Below, piece after piece: positions 19,932 through 30,475 of a stretch of DNA of 49,156 nucleotides. Within the stretch, counting starts at the first letter, position 1; each line of letters starts with the position of its first letter. Under the pieces are notes generated by a model that was given only the letters and a program-made list of their open reading frames with translations, did no database searches and was not told the origin of the DNA. Both the position numbers and the translations under genes were made by a program. Source of the DNA: Nitrospinota bacterium. Lineage in GTDB: Bacteria > Nitrospinota > Nitrospinia > Nitrospinales > VA-1. Where the stretch lies: contig JACNKA010000104.1 of the NCBI GenBank assembly GCA_014382285.1, forward strand, positions 1 to 49,156. The letters are read 5' to 3'.

Positions 19932-22340
19932 ATGGGTTCAGAAAAAATCGCGTTACCGCTTCTCCCGTTAAGGGATATCATTGTCTTCCCGTTCATGGTG
20001 CTTCCTCTGTTTGTAGGCAGGGAGAAATCCATTCTGGCCCTGGAAAAATCCATGGCCGAGCAAAAAAGCATCTTTCTTTCCGCCCAGCGAAACCCCAACA
20101 ATAACGAACCGCAAGCCGCAGACATCTTCGAGATGGGAACGGTGGCGAATATTCTCCAGATCCTCAAACTGACCGATGGCACCATGAAAGTTCTGGTCGA
20201 AGGTCTGCAAAGAGGACGCATTGAATCGTTCATTGAAAACCCGGACTATTTTGAGGTGGAAGTAAACCGCATCCATGAAAATGATCAACTGACACCCGAT
20301 GTAAAAGCGTTGATGCGTAGTGTCGGAACAGTGTTCGAGCAATACGTGAAGTTGAATCAAAAAATTCCTCTGGAAGCCGTGGCCGCCAGTTCCAATATTC
20401 TGGAACCGCACCGCTATGCCGACACCATTGCCGCTTACATGGTTTTTCAAACTCAGGAAAAACAGGAGTTGCTCGAAACCCTGAATCCAGCAGACCGGCT
20501 GAACAAGCTTCTCGGCATTCTAAAATCCGAGATGGAAGTCCTTAAAATTGAAAAGCGCGTTCATGGCAGGGTGCGAAAACAAATGGAACGCAGTCAAAAG
20601 GAGTTTTATCTCAACGAGCAGATCAAAGCCATCCAGAAAGAGCTGGGCAAACGCGATGAGTTTAAAACCGATATGGATGAGCTCAAAGCAAAAATCAAGA
20701 AAGCCAAAATGCCTAAGGACATTCATGAAAAGGCCGTCAAAGAATTAAAACGGCTGGAACTCATGCAGCCCATGTCCGCAGAAGCCACGGTTGCCAGAAC
20801 CTATATCGAATGGCTCGCCGATCTGCCCTGGAAAAAAGGTGCCGGCGCTGAAAAAATCAAAATCCCTGAAGCCCAGAAAATTCTGGATAAAGACCATTAC
20901 GGGTTAGAGAAAGTCAAAGAACGCATCACCGAACACCTTGCCGTGATGAAACTGGTAAAAAAAATTAGAGGGCCCATCCTCTGTCTCGTTGGCCCACCGG
21001 GTGTAGGCAAAACATCGTTAGGACAATCCATCGGCAAAGCCATGGGCCGAAAGTTTATCCGCGTCTCCTTAGGTGGCGTGCGGGATGAAGCAGAAATCCG
21101 TGGGCATCGTAGAACTTATATTGGAGCGTTACCGGGGAAAATTATTCAAGGCATCAAAAAATCAGGTGTCCACAACCCTGTTTTCATGCTCGATGAAATC
21201 GACAAAATGAACGCCGATTTCCGCGGGGACCCTTCCTCCGCATTGTTGGAGGTTCTCGATCCAGAGCAGAACTCCACTTTCAACGACCATTATCTGGAGG
21301 TTGATTACGACCTTTCCAATGTTCTTTTTATCTGTACCGCCAATGTCCTGCACTCCATTCCGCAACCGTTGCTCGACCGAATGGAAGTGCTCCGCTTGCC
21401 CGGTTATACCGATCAGGAAAAAATGGGCATCGCTAAAAGTTTTCTCGTCCCTAAAAAAGTACCGGAACATGGCCTGACCAAGAAGAATATAGAAATTACT
21501 GACAAAGCTCTGGATAGTATCATCCACGACTACACCCGCGAAGCAGGTGTGCGAAACCTGGAACGGGAAATCGCCACACTCTGTAGAAAAGTGGTTAAGA
21601 CCGTTGTCGAAAAAGGCAAGAAGACCAGCGTAAAAATCACCCCAGCTGTCTTGGAAAAGTATCTCGGCATCCCCAAATTCAAGAAACCCGAATCCGAAGG
21701 CCCAATGGAAATAGGCACCGCCACCGGACTGGCATGGACAGAGTTTGGCGGCGAAACCCTCACTATAGAAGTTACAGTACTTCCCGGTAACGGTAAACTG
21801 GTGCCCACCGGGCAACTCGGCGATGTCATGAAGGAATCGGCGCAGGCGGCCATGACCTATGTGCGTTCACGCGCCGGAGATTTAGGACTGCCCAAGAACT
21901 TCTACCAGAAAAACGATTTCCACATTCATATTCCCGAAGGTGCTGTTCCTAAAGACGGTCCTTCAGCAGGAATCACCATGGCAGTGGCTCTGGTCTCGGC
22001 ATTGACCAAAACCCCTTTGCGCCCCGACCTCGCCATGACCGGAGAACTGACCCTGACCGGGAAAGTTTTGCCCATAGGCGGACTCAAAGAAAAAGTTCTG
22101 GCAGCACACAGGTTCCGCATCAAGCACCTCATTATCCCAGTGGAAAATGAAAAAGATATTCCCGATATCCCGGAAAATGTCAGGAAGAACATACAGTTTT
22201 ACCCCGCCACCACCATGGACGATGTGCTCAAACACTCGTTTGATAAAAAGCTCAAGGTTAAGAAAAAACCCGCCCCCAAAAAAAATAAGGCCACCGCAAA
22301 AACACCCAGCAAACAACCCGCCGCCTCCCGATTAAACTAG
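19932..22340 (+). CDS. lon: Lon protease
   Basis: LPLLPLRD N-terminus, [20 protein letters not shown] and PKDGPSAG catalytic Ser motif. Confidence 0.98.
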   Translation: MGSEKIALPLLPLRDIIVFPFMVLPLFVGREKSILALEKSMAEQKSIFLSAQRNPNNNEPQAADIFEMGTVANILQILKLTDGTMKVLVEGLQRGRIESFIENPDYFEVEVNRIHENDQLTPDVKALMRSVGTVFEQYVKLNQKIPLEAVAASSNILEPHRYADTIAAYMVFQTQEKQELLETLNPADRLNKLLGILKSEMEVLKIEKRVHGRVRKQMERSQKEFYLNEQIKAIQKELGKRDEFKTDMDELKAKIKKAKMPKDIHEKAVKELKRLELMQPMSAEATVARTYIEWLADLPWKKGAGAEKIKIPEAQKILDKDHYGLEKVKERITEHLAVMKLVKKIRGPILCLVGPPGVGKTSLGQSIGKAMGRKFIRVSLGGVRDEAEIRGHRRTYIGALPGKIIQGIKKSGVHNPVFMLDEIDKMNADFRGDPSSALLEVLDPEQNSTFNDHYLEVDYDLSNVLFICTANVLHSIPQPLLDRMEVLRLPGYTDQEKMGIAKSFLVPKKVPEHGLTKKNIEITDKALDSIIHDYTREAGVRNLEREIATLCRKVVKTVVEKGKKTSVKITPAVLEKYLGIPKFKKPESEGPMEIGTATGLAWTEFGGETLTIEVTVLPGNGKLVPTGQLGDVMKESAQAAMTYVRSRAGDLGLPKNFYQKNDFHIHIPEGAVPKDGPSAGITMAVALVSALTKTPLRPDLAMTGELTLTGKVLPIGGLKEKVLAAHRFRIKHLIIPVENEKDIPDIPENVRKNIQFYPATTMDDVLKHSFDKKLKVKKKPAPKKNKATAKTPSKQPAASRLN

Positions 22341-22354
22341 TCGGGCAAGCCCGA
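22341..22354 (+). terminator. Short hairpin immediately after the lon stop
   Basis: tcgggc-aa-gcccga inverted repeat; no U-tract, so a terminator role is weakly supported. Confidence 0.25.
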
Positions 22355-22696
22355 TAGCTGATTGCAATAGTGTTCCTTGCGGGCAAAAAGTTATCCCGGC
22401 TTAAGATAGATTGCTCTCTTATTTTAAAGATCCAGGCCCCCCCCAGGGTTTGATGATGGGCTTTTTATGGAACAATTCTGCTGAACGGGGTTTGTGCATA
22501 GTCAAGAATGGCGCATCCGCTTTATCCCTCTAAGCACACCTGCAAAAGTCCATCCTCCACACTTTTCGATGTGTTCCCAATTTCAGGGGAAGATCAGTTA
22601 GAATGAGGGGAGGTGCATAAAAATCAAGTTCACTTTTTACTTATTTTCCCGTGCAATATCCGGGCTGTGACCCATTTTTGATGAGGAGATTTTGCT

Positions 22697-23362
22697 ATGA
22701 AAAAGATTGGTGTGGTGCTTTCGGGATGTGGAGTGTTTGACGGGGCGGAGATTCATGAGTCGGTCATCACTCTTTTAGCGATTGATCGGGCCGGTGCCCA
22801 GGCCGTGTGCATGGCTCCCAATGTCGACCAGATGCATGTGGTCAACCATCTCACCGGTGAAGAATCTGCTGGCGAAAAACGTAATGTTCTTGTCGAAGCG
22901 GCACGCATTGCCCGTGGCGAGATTAAGGATATCTGCACGGTCAAGGCTGATGATCTTGACGCTTTAGTGTTCCCCGGTGGATTCGGCGCGGCCAAAAACC
23001 TCTCAACCTTTGCGGTCAAGGGCGAAAACTGCGAGGTCCACCCGGAAGTTCTCCGACTGGTGAAAGAGTTTGCCGCCAAGAAAAAACCACAAGCGGCGTT
23101 GTGCATCGCTCCAGCCATGATGGCAAAAATTTATGAGGATGCCCCCAACAAACCCACTCTGACCATCGGCAACGACAAGGACTGCAGTAGCAAGATGGAA
23201 ACGATGGGAACCACGCATCAGGATTGCTCAGCACGGGATTTCGTCTTCGATGAGCAGAATAATATTGTCTCGACCCCGGCCTATATGCTGGGTCAGAGCA
23301 TCTCGGAAGTGGCCGAAGGTATCGAAAAAACCATCAATAAACTTATAAAAATCACCCCTTAG
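22697..23362 (+). CDS. elbB: ElbB/ES1-family glyoxalase (DJ-1/PfpI superfamily)
   Basis: VVLSGCGVFDGAEIHE, RNVLVEAARIARG, PGGFGAAKNL and STPAYM motifs; GAGGAG RBS. Confidence 0.93.
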   Translation: MKKIGVVLSGCGVFDGAEIHESVITLLAIDRAGAQAVCMAPNVDQMHVVNHLTGEESAGEKRNVLVEAARIARGEIKDICTVKADDLDALVFPGGFGAAKNLSTFAVKGENCEVHPEVLRLVKEFAAKKKPQAALCIAPAMMAKIYEDAPNKPTLTIGNDKDCSSKMETMGTTHQDCSARDFVFDEQNNIVSTPAYMLGQSISEVAEGIEKTINKLIKITP

Positions 23363-23392
23363 TTCATTGAAAAGGTAACACCCCGGCAGGTC

Positions 23393-23426
23393 AACCACCC
23401 CAGCCCCTATTTGATAAAGAAGGGTC
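23393..23426. repeat. Degenerate half copy of repeat family 2
   Basis: aaccaccccagcccctatttgataaagaagggtc resembles the first arm of the elements at 14819 and 41051. Confidence 0.35.
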
Positions 23427-23590
23427 ATTTTACCTCTTTGCGCCGAGAAGTCTGCTGTTTACGGTAAAAAGCCATTGCTAGTGCGCGTGGAGGCACTCCA
23501 CCTAAAGGATTTAGGCCATTTTTCCGTAAAGAAATACTGGGCCCTTATATATAATGGTAACGAACCAGATTTTTGTCACGCAGGGAGGCT

Positions 23591-24598
23591 ATGAGCGAAA
23601 AAACTTTATTGGTCACAGGCGGTGCGGGTTTTATTGGTAGCAATTTCATCAATTTTATCCATAAACGCTACCCGAACACCAAAATCCTTTTGCTGGATGC
23701 TTTGACCTATGCCGGCAACCTCGACAATATACCTGCCAGTCTGAAATCCAACGGACACTTTCAATTTCATCACGGCAACATCACGCACCCGGACATTGTC
23801 GGCAAGCTGGTTTCGGAAGCGGATATTGTGGTGCATTTTGCGGCGGAGTCGCATGTGACCCGCTCGATTTATGATAACGCGATTTTTTTCGAGACGGATG
23901 TCATTGGCACGCAGGTGGTGGCCAACGCCGTTGTGAATAATCCGGTCGAACTGTTTGTGCATATCTCTTCTTCGGAAGTGTATGGCACGGCTTTGACTGC
24001 TCCGATGGATGAGGAGCATCCGTTGAATCCGATGAGTCCGTATGCGGCGGCCAAGGCCGGGGCGGATAGGTTGATTTATTCTTACGTCAAGACTTACGAT
24101 CTACCGGCGGTGATCATTCGTCCGTTTAATAATTATGGCCCGTGTCAGCATTTGGAAAAGGCCATCCCCAATTTCATTGTCAGCGCTTTGCAGGATCAGC
24201 CGTTGACCATTCATGGTAATGGCGAGAGTTCCCGCGACTGGATGTTTGTGGAAGATACTTGTGAAGCGTTGGATCGGGTTTTGCATGCCGAGCGTGATCG
24301 GGTGATTGGTCAGACGATTAATCTAGGGACAGGAACCGACACATCTGTGGTGGAAATAGCCCGGAGAATTTTGCGGTTGATGGACAAGCCTGAAAGTTTA
24401 TTGCAGTTCATTGAAGACCGTCCCGGTCAGGTGACCCGGCATATTTCTTCAACACAAAAATCGCTTGAATGTCTGGAATGGAAGTCAAAAGTAGATTTGG
24501 ATGAAGGTCTCGAACGTACCATTGAGTTTTATAAAACTAATCGCAAGTGGTGGGAACGGACTCTGTGGATGAAAGAACTCTGGGCTCACAAAGGATAA
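23591..24598 (+). CDS. dTDP-glucose 4,6-dehydratase-like extended SDR (RfbB/RmlB family)
   Basis: GGAGFIG, DALTYAGN, AAESHV, YAAAK and NNYGP motifs; GGGAGG RBS. Confidence 0.9.
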   Translation: MSEKTLLVTGGAGFIGSNFINFIHKRYPNTKILLLDALTYAGNLDNIPASLKSNGHFQFHHGNITHPDIVGKLVSEADIVVHFAAESHVTRSIYDNAIFFETDVIGTQVVANAVVNNPVELFVHISSSEVYGTALTAPMDEEHPLNPMSPYAAAKAGADRLIYSYVKTYDLPAVIIRPFNNYGPCQHLEKAIPNFIVSALQDQPLTIHGNGESSRDWMFVEDTCEALDRVLHAERDRVIGQTINLGTGTDTSVVEIARRILRLMDKPESLLQFIEDRPGQVTRHISSTQKSLECLEWKSKVDLDEGLERTIEFYKTNRKWWERTLWMKELWAHKG

Positions 24599-25311
24599 TG
24601 GTTATGCGGGTTACCATACTTCAACCTTCGTATTTGCCGTGGCTGGGATTTTTTGAGCAAATGAGCCGTTCTGATAAATTCGTTCTGCTGGATGATGTGC
24701 AGTATACAAGGCGGGACTGGAGAAACAGGAACCGGGTTCGAGTGAATGAGGGTTGGGCCTGGCTGACGGTACCGGTTCTGCAAAAAAGCAAATTCTCACA
24801 AAGCCTTCTTGAGACACACATAGATAATTCTGTGCCGTGGCGGAAAAAACATTTAGAGACTCTGCGCCAGCATTATTCCAAGTCGCCATTTTTTGAGCAA
24901 TATTTTTCCAGGTGCCAGAAAATTTATGAAAAGGAGTGGACCTTTTTATTCGACCTTTGTCTGGAAACGATTATTCTTCTGAAAGAAGAACTTGGTGTTG
25001 AGACTCCGCTCCTGCGCTCATCTCAGATGGAAATCTCCGGACAAAAAACCGAGAGGTTGCTTTCGATTTGCCGGGAACTGGGCGCGACCCATTATTTGAG
25101 TGGCGAGGCGGCGAGCGATTATATTTTGGAGGCGAATTTTTCCAGTCAGGGCATTGAGCTTGAGTATCAGAAATATGATCATCCCGTTTACCCGCAGCGG
25201 TATCCCGGCTTTGTTCCACAGTTATCAGCAATTGATTTACTGTTCAACTGCGGTGAGCAAAGCCTGAGTATTTTGAAACAAAATGCAGAGTCAGGTTCCC
25301 GTTGTTCATAG
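24598..25311 (+). CDS. WbqC family protein
   Basis: QPSYLPWLGFF, DDVQY, WRNRNR, WLTVP, YLSG and LSAIDLLFN motifs; TAATG coupling to the previous gene. Confidence 0.9.
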   Translation: MVMRVTILQPSYLPWLGFFEQMSRSDKFVLLDDVQYTRRDWRNRNRVRVNEGWAWLTVPVLQKSKFSQSLLETHIDNSVPWRKKHLETLRQHYSKSPFFEQYFSRCQKIYEKEWTFLFDLCLETIILLKEELGVETPLLRSSQMEISGQKTERLLSICRELGATHYLSGEAASDYILEANFSSQGIELEYQKYDHPVYPQRYPGFVPQLSAIDLLFNCGEQSLSILKQNAESGSRCS

Positions 25312-25321
25312 GTTTTTTATT

Positions 25322-26557
25322 ATGATGGATTTTAAATTCTTACAAAAAATATTGCCACGGCTTTATTCGTTTCTGCCGTTTTATTTGATGCCACGGTTTT
25401 CCTTGCCACCGGTGCAGGCTTTTTTTGAAGTGACCTATCGTTGCAACTTGCGTTGCGATATGTGCCACTATTTAGAGATCATTGAGGAGACGGAATCGAA
25501 GCAAACTTATAAAAATGAGATGTCGAGTGAGGAAGTGAAAAAAGCAATTTCCAGGCTCCCCCGGTTTTCGCTGGTAACTTTTACAGGGGGTGAGGCGTTC
25601 ATGAAAAATGATTTCATGGATATTCTTGAGTTTGCGACTCGTCGGCACAAAGTGCATATCATCACTAACGGAACCACATTGAGCGAGAAAGTTGTGGAAG
25701 AGCTCATGCGGCTGAGGTTGAAGTCTTTCTGGGGTTCTGGATTATTTTATATGGGGGTTTCACTTGAAGGCGGCGAAGCTCTGCACGATAGCATCACCAC
25801 GGTCCCCGGTTCTTATAAAAAGACCACTCAAGGATTGGAGCGGTTGGTGGCTCGGCGCAAGGAGTTAAAATCCCGCTTCCCGCTCATTCATGTGACTTGT
25901 GTTATCAATCGGGGTAATGTGCGAGAGTTGGTTCCTCTGTATGAATATGCCAACAAGTTGGGAGTTAATGTCGCCAATTATGTTTTGAGCAGCCCGGCCA
26001 CTTACTGGCATGGCAAAGACTATGATCAGGATGAACACTTGCAGCGCCCCACAGTGGCGGTCGAAGAAATTGAACCACGACTTTTGCGGGAGCAGTTGCA
26101 ACTGTTGCGGAAAAAAAGCGAGGGTGGCACGACCCAGCTAAGGTTTTCGCCGAACTATATTACGGTGGATGAGATTGTCCGCTACTACAGCAATGAAAGT
26201 TCGTATCAGGATTACCGTTGCTACATCCCCTGGACGAAGGTGGCTTTTTCAGCTTATGGCGATGTTTTCAGTTGTCCACATTACAGGGTTGGGAATGTCA
26301 GTGATGGAAATGGATCACCGGCCTGGCAGTCGAACCGAATTCGCGATTTCCGCGAGAAACTAAAAGCGGAAGGAATTTTTCCCGGATGTCTGGGATGCTG
26401 TCAATCGGAGTATGTTGGCTCCACCCTTTTAGCGGGTGATGCCGTTGGCGAAGATCGGATTAAACGAGTTGAGTTTTTGAAAGTAAAAGAAAATGGTTGT
26501 TCAGCACCCGCTTTCTATCGAGAGAATCCTGACCTCTCTGGTGCGGGAGACAGGTAG
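25322..26557 (+). CDS. Radical SAM protein with a SPASM/twitch domain
   Basis: CNLRCDMC, TGGEA, TNG, and C-terminal CYIPW…GDVFSC…CLGCC. Confidence 0.9.
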   Translation: MMDFKFLQKILPRLYSFLPFYLMPRFSLPPVQAFFEVTYRCNLRCDMCHYLEIIEETESKQTYKNEMSSEEVKKAISRLPRFSLVTFTGGEAFMKNDFMDILEFATRRHKVHIITNGTTLSEKVVEELMRLRLKSFWGSGLFYMGVSLEGGEALHDSITTVPGSYKKTTQGLERLVARRKELKSRFPLIHVTCVINRGNVRELVPLYEYANKLGVNVANYVLSSPATYWHGKDYDQDEHLQRPTVAVEEIEPRLLREQLQLLRKKSEGGTTQLRFSPNYITVDEIVRYYSNESSYQDYRCYIPWTKVAFSAYGDVFSCPHYRVGNVSDGNGSPAWQSNRIRDFREKLKAEGIFPGCLGCCQSEYVGSTLLAGDAVGEDRIKRVEFLKVKENGCSAPAFYRENPDLSGAGDR

Positions 26558-26637
26558 CCAGACCCGTCAGCCGAGCGAACCTGTAATTAGTTTATTAACG
26601 CTATTGCCAGTTTTGGCCCCAGGCCGAGTGGAAGGAT

Positions 26638-27567
26638 ATGGATAAAAATCCGGAAATTTCTATAGTCGTTCCTGTTTATAACGAGGAACCCCTGATCGAA
26701 GAACTGTGCTCACGCCTGAAATGTGTCGGTGACGAGTTGAACCGTTCTTACGAAATATTGATCGTGGACGATGGCAGCGATGACGGGTCGTTTGAAAAAC
26801 TCAAACGCATAAGTGAGACCGACAAAATATTTCGTCTGGTGCGGTTGACTAGGAACTTCGGCCAGCAGTCTGCCGTGCTGGCGGGTTTTAGAATGAGCCG
26901 GGGAGAGATTGTAGTTCAATTGGATTCGGATTTACAGAATCCACCAGAAGAAATTCCTAAACTGCTTGCAGCGTTGACAGAAAATATTGACCTGGTCACC
27001 ACCACCCATAAAAAGCGCCAGGATGGTTTGTTGCGAGTCATAGGATCGAAGGTGTTATGTAGATTTGGGCAAATGCTTTTTGGAAAATCGGTAAAACTGA
27101 ATTTAAGTTCCTTCCGCGTAATGCGCCGAAGTGTGATAGAGAAAATTGAAGCCTGCCGGGATCGGTCGCGTTACATGGCTGTCCTGATGAGTTGGATGGG
27201 GTTGCCCAGTATTGAGATCGAAGTGGAGCACCATTCCCGAAAAAAAGGAGAAACCAAATACAGCCTCTTGACCCTGACAAAATTATCGTGGGATTTGGTG
27301 ACGGGGTACTCCAGCTTTCCATTGAGATTAGTGACCTATATGGGGTTGTTTGGTGCCTTTATCGGATTTCTCATGATGGCATTTCTGTTGTATCAGCGCA
27401 TTGTTAATGGAATTTTAATCGAAGGATTTGTTGTTCTCTTGGCGGTGTTTGCTTTTTTTGCCGGTGTCCAGCTTCTTTCCGTTGGGTTTCTGGGCGAATA
27501 TCTTGGACGCGTTCATTCCCAGGTTCAGGCCCGCCCGGATTATATTATTGAAAAGGTGATTGAATGA
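26638..27567 (+). CDS. GT2 polyprenyl-phosphate glycosyltransferase (ArnC/GtrB-like)
   Basis: VVPVYNEE, DDGSDD, RNFGQ, DSDLQNPPE, two C-terminal TM helices and GEYLGR. Confidence 0.9.
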   Translation: MDKNPEISIVVPVYNEEPLIEELCSRLKCVGDELNRSYEILIVDDGSDDGSFEKLKRISETDKIFRLVRLTRNFGQQSAVLAGFRMSRGEIVVQLDSDLQNPPEEIPKLLAALTENIDLVTTTHKKRQDGLLRVIGSKVLCRFGQMLFGKSVKLNLSSFRVMRRSVIEKIEACRDRSRYMAVLMSWMGLPSIEIEVEHHSRKKGETKYSLLTLTKLSWDLVTGYSSFPLRLVTYMGLFGAFIGFLMMAFLLYQRIVNGILIEGFVVLLAVFAFFAGVQLLSVGFLGEYLGRVHSQVQARPDYIIEKVIE

Positions 27568-28412
27568 TGCAAATCAAACCTCTCACGTCTTTGATTATCG
27601 AGCCGACCAATACCTGCAACCTGCGTTGTACGTTTTGCTTTGTGACGGATGGCATGACGCGGGAGGAAGGCTTTATGAATTTGGAGTTATTCAAAAAAGT
27701 CATTGATGACTGCCCTGATCTCGAACATCTTTGCATGCACAATTGGGGAGAACCTCTGCTGCACAAGGAAATTTTCAAGATGTTTGATTATGCCCACGAG
27801 GCGGGTGTTAAATTTATTGTGATGAATACCAACGGGACTTTGTTGACGGATAAAATGATTAGCAGGATAGTTGATAGCCCTCTTGACATCATCCGTTTTT
27901 CTATTGATGGTTCGGCTGAAACGTTTGAGCGGATACGGGGTGTGGAGCTTGATAAGATAGAAAAAAATATTATCAAACTTAAAAAAGAAAAAGAAAAAAA
28001 GCGGCCTGAATTGAGTATGGGGGTGGTCTTCACCGTAGAAGAAGAAACTCAGGAGGATGTGGATCCCTTTATCAGCCATTGGGAATCCATCATGGATCAC
28101 GTTCGCACGCAACCTAAGCTGATTCAAAGCCCAAGAGAAGAACCTTGCCCGGAGCCTTTTGGCAAAGACTATGGAAAGCTGGTGGTGTTATGGGATGGTA
28201 CGGTGATCCCCTGCTGTGTGGATTACAATGCGACCTTAAAACTGGGAAGTGCTGTTCATGACAACGTGCAAGACTTGTGGCAGGGCAGAGAGATTGAAAG
28301 ATTGCGCGCCCAGCATGAAAGAGGGGAATACCCCGATGTCTGCGTCAATTGTAACGAATGCAAGACATCAAAAACCAAAAAACGCTTCTTTTTTGAAGAA
28401 CTCGTGCCCTGA
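27564..28412 (+). CDS. Radical SAM protein with a twitch/SPASM domain (BtrN-like architecture)
   Basis: CNLRCTFC, WGEPLLH, NTNG and CPEPF…DGTVIPCC…CVNC motifs. Confidence 0.9.
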   Translation: MMQIKPLTSLIIEPTNTCNLRCTFCFVTDGMTREEGFMNLELFKKVIDDCPDLEHLCMHNWGEPLLHKEIFKMFDYAHEAGVKFIVMNTNGTLLTDKMISRIVDSPLDIIRFSIDGSAETFERIRGVELDKIEKNIIKLKKEKEKKRPELSMGVVFTVEEETQEDVDPFISHWESIMDHVRTQPKLIQSPREEPCPEPFGKDYGKLVVLWDGTVIPCCVDYNATLKLGSAVHDNVQDLWQGREIERLRAQHERGEYPDVCVNCNECKTSKTKKRFFFEELVP

Positions 28413-29218
28413 TGGAATCGGCGATGGCATCCCCTGCCACTAAAGAAAAAGTGTTGGAAGAGAACCGCAGAGTGCATGCTCTGGAAAATCGGTTATATCT
28501 TTCCCGCCACCCTGAGCAGACAAATTTTTTCCAAAGGGGCATTTTAGAAAAAATGATGGCTGAGGTTTGCACTACCCTGAGGCCCGGCTCGAAAATTCTC
28601 GATCTGGGTTGCGGGACGGGTTATCTCTCCCTGGGTTTTTTATCCAGAGGATATCATGTGACCGGCTTGGATTTATCGCGGGAAATGATACAGGCGTTTG
28701 AGGAGTCCATCCCCGCAACACTTAGGCCTCAGGCTCGTCTGGTAGTCGGGGATGCTGAGGAGTTCTTGTCGCAGAATCAGGATGAGTATGACGTGGTCGT
28801 CTTGTCGGCAATTTTGCACCACCTCTTCGATTACGAATCGGTGCTTCGTCAAATTTGCGTGAGGCTTTCTTCTGGAAAACAACTGTTAGTATTTTTTGAG
28901 CCGCTTAAACAAGAAGTTCACTCCCCGATAAAATTTGTCCTGCATCGCGCCCTATCATGGCTGGATGAAAAGTTATATCGGTTTGAAATGAAAGCGAAAA
29001 GTATTCCTGTGCTGGATGATGAGTATCATCACTCAGATTACCAGCGGCAGTTTGGAGGCATTGACCCGAACCGGATCCTTGAAATTCTGCGGGAAGAAGG
29101 GCTGGAAGTTTTAAAAATTGAGAAATATTGCGCCCGCCGTTATGGGCTTCATGCCTGGCTGGCAAACCGGGTATTGGGAACGCAAAACACTTTTAACTTG
29201 TTCGCTACCCGGCCCTAG
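28412..29218 (+). CDS. Class I SAM-dependent methyltransferase
   Basis: ILDLGCGTG, GLDLS, GDAE and ILHHL motifs. Confidence 0.9.
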   Translation: MESAMASPATKEKVLEENRRVHALENRLYLSRHPEQTNFFQRGILEKMMAEVCTTLRPGSKILDLGCGTGYLSLGFLSRGYHVTGLDLSREMIQAFEESIPATLRPQARLVVGDAEEFLSQNQDEYDVVVLSAILHHLFDYESVLRQICVRLSSGKQLLVFFEPLKQEVHSPIKFVLHRALSWLDEKLYRFEMKAKSIPVLDDEYHHSDYQRQFGGIDPNRILEILREEGLEVLKIEKYCARRYGLHAWLANRVLGTQNTFNLFATRP

Positions 29219-30405
29219 TTTTTTGGAGTGTTCTTTTTGGTATTTTGATGGATGGGAACTCCCAGACTTTTTGCCAACGCTTCTGCTATTTCACTTCCAT
29301 CCGTATCACTGATTTCCAGAAATGAAACTCCAATATCATAATGGGAGTCAAACTTTTCCACCCTTGCTACCTGAGCTTTTATATTAATAGGTGCGTTGAG
29401 GTTCTGGTCTGCAAGTTCTATCTTCACCTGTGTGCCGATTTCAATGGGAACAGGGCTTTCCAGAAGCAAACCGGAGCAGCTGAAATTTTTCCCCTGAACG
29501 GTAATTTGTTCGGATTCCTGATCCACTTTGCTGATCTGAACGTCCCCGGCAAAATCTATTCTTATATAATGCCGCTTGTCCAGGGTATGCAGGAAAACTC
29601 TGTTTTTACCGTTTTCCTTCGCTTGATAAAGCGCAATGTCGGCTGCGTGGATCAATGACTTGGCATCCTTCGCATCTGTGGGATAAGAAGCGACTCCGCC
29701 ACTTAAAGTGAGACCAAATGATTGCCCATCAAACTCTAGTTTCAGTTCTTCGACTTTCTGCCGAATGCGCTCAGCAATAACCAGCGCGTTGATCTTTCGA
29801 GTTTCAGGAAGAATGAGAACCAGCTCTTCCCCGCCATACCGGCAGACAAAGTCTTCGGTTCTTTTTTCCAGCATCATGATTTCGGCCACTTGTTTCAGGG
29901 TCAAGTCTCCTGCCTGATGACCATAAGTATCATTCAGGTTCTTAAAATTATCGAGGTCAAAAAATATGAGAGAAAATCTTCCATCATATCTTTGAACCCG
30001 GTTCATTTCACCTTCCAGCGCCTCATCGAAAAATCGACGGTTAAAAAGTCCGGTTAAACCGTCTGAGCGGGAATTCTTTCGAGTTTCCTCGAGTGCTTGT
30101 AACTCAATCATTGCTGGAGCGCGCAGACTTTTAGAAACCTCACTGAAATAGTCGCACACAGCAGTTATCAGCTTGACGGGTCTTCCCAGCTTTGTTTCCA
30201 GCAGATGGTGATGTTTAAGGATACCACCCCAATTAATTTTGGCATCCTGAATGCTGAATTCAAGGTGGGTCAATACACTGAGCAAAGCAGGGTAAACCTC
30301 TTCCCCTTCTTTTGCGACAATATCCTGAACTGTTTCCAGAAGATCAGAATTGTCTGAGGAATAAGAATCCAGAGAATCTATGATGGTTTGTCTCAAATCA
30401 CCCAT
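29215..30405 (-). CDS. Diguanylate cyclase with a C-terminal PilZ domain
   Basis: DGLTGLFNRR, DLDNFK, RTED I-site and RYGGEEL; PilZ motifs RHYIR and NFSCSG. Confidence 0.92.
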   Translation of the reverse strand: MGDLRQTIIDSLDSYSSDNSDLLETVQDIVAKEGEEVYPALLSVLTHLEFSIQDAKINWGGILKHHHLLETKLGRPVKLITAVCDYFSEVSKSLRAPAMIELQALEETRKNSRSDGLTGLFNRRFFDEALEGEMNRVQRYDGRFSLIFFDLDNFKNLNDTYGHQAGDLTLKQVAEIMMLEKRTEDFVCRYGGEELVLILPETRKINALVIAERIRQKVEELKLEFDGQSFGLTLSGGVASYPTDAKDAKSLIHAADIALYQAKENGKNRVFLHTLDKRHYIRIDFAGDVQISKVDQESEQITVQGKNFSCSGLLLESPVPIEIGTQVKIELADQNLNAPINIKAQVARVEKFDSHYDIGVSFLEISDTDGSEIAEALAKSLGVPIHQNTKKNTPKN

Positions 30406-30475
30406 AATTGTTCTGCATAGCAATATTTATGTTTGATGCCTTTCCCATTCAATATAGTACCCAGGTTGGGAAAAT

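Noticed and set aside
23503-23530. Sigma-28-like TAAAGG…TCCGTAAA upstream of the sugar cluster
   Set aside because: Poor -10 match and spacing off by one.
25322-28412. RiPP cluster built on the two radical SAM/SPASM enzymes
   Set aside because: No precursor peptide, RRE/PqqD domain, peptidase or exporter nearby; the neighbours are sugar-pathway genes.
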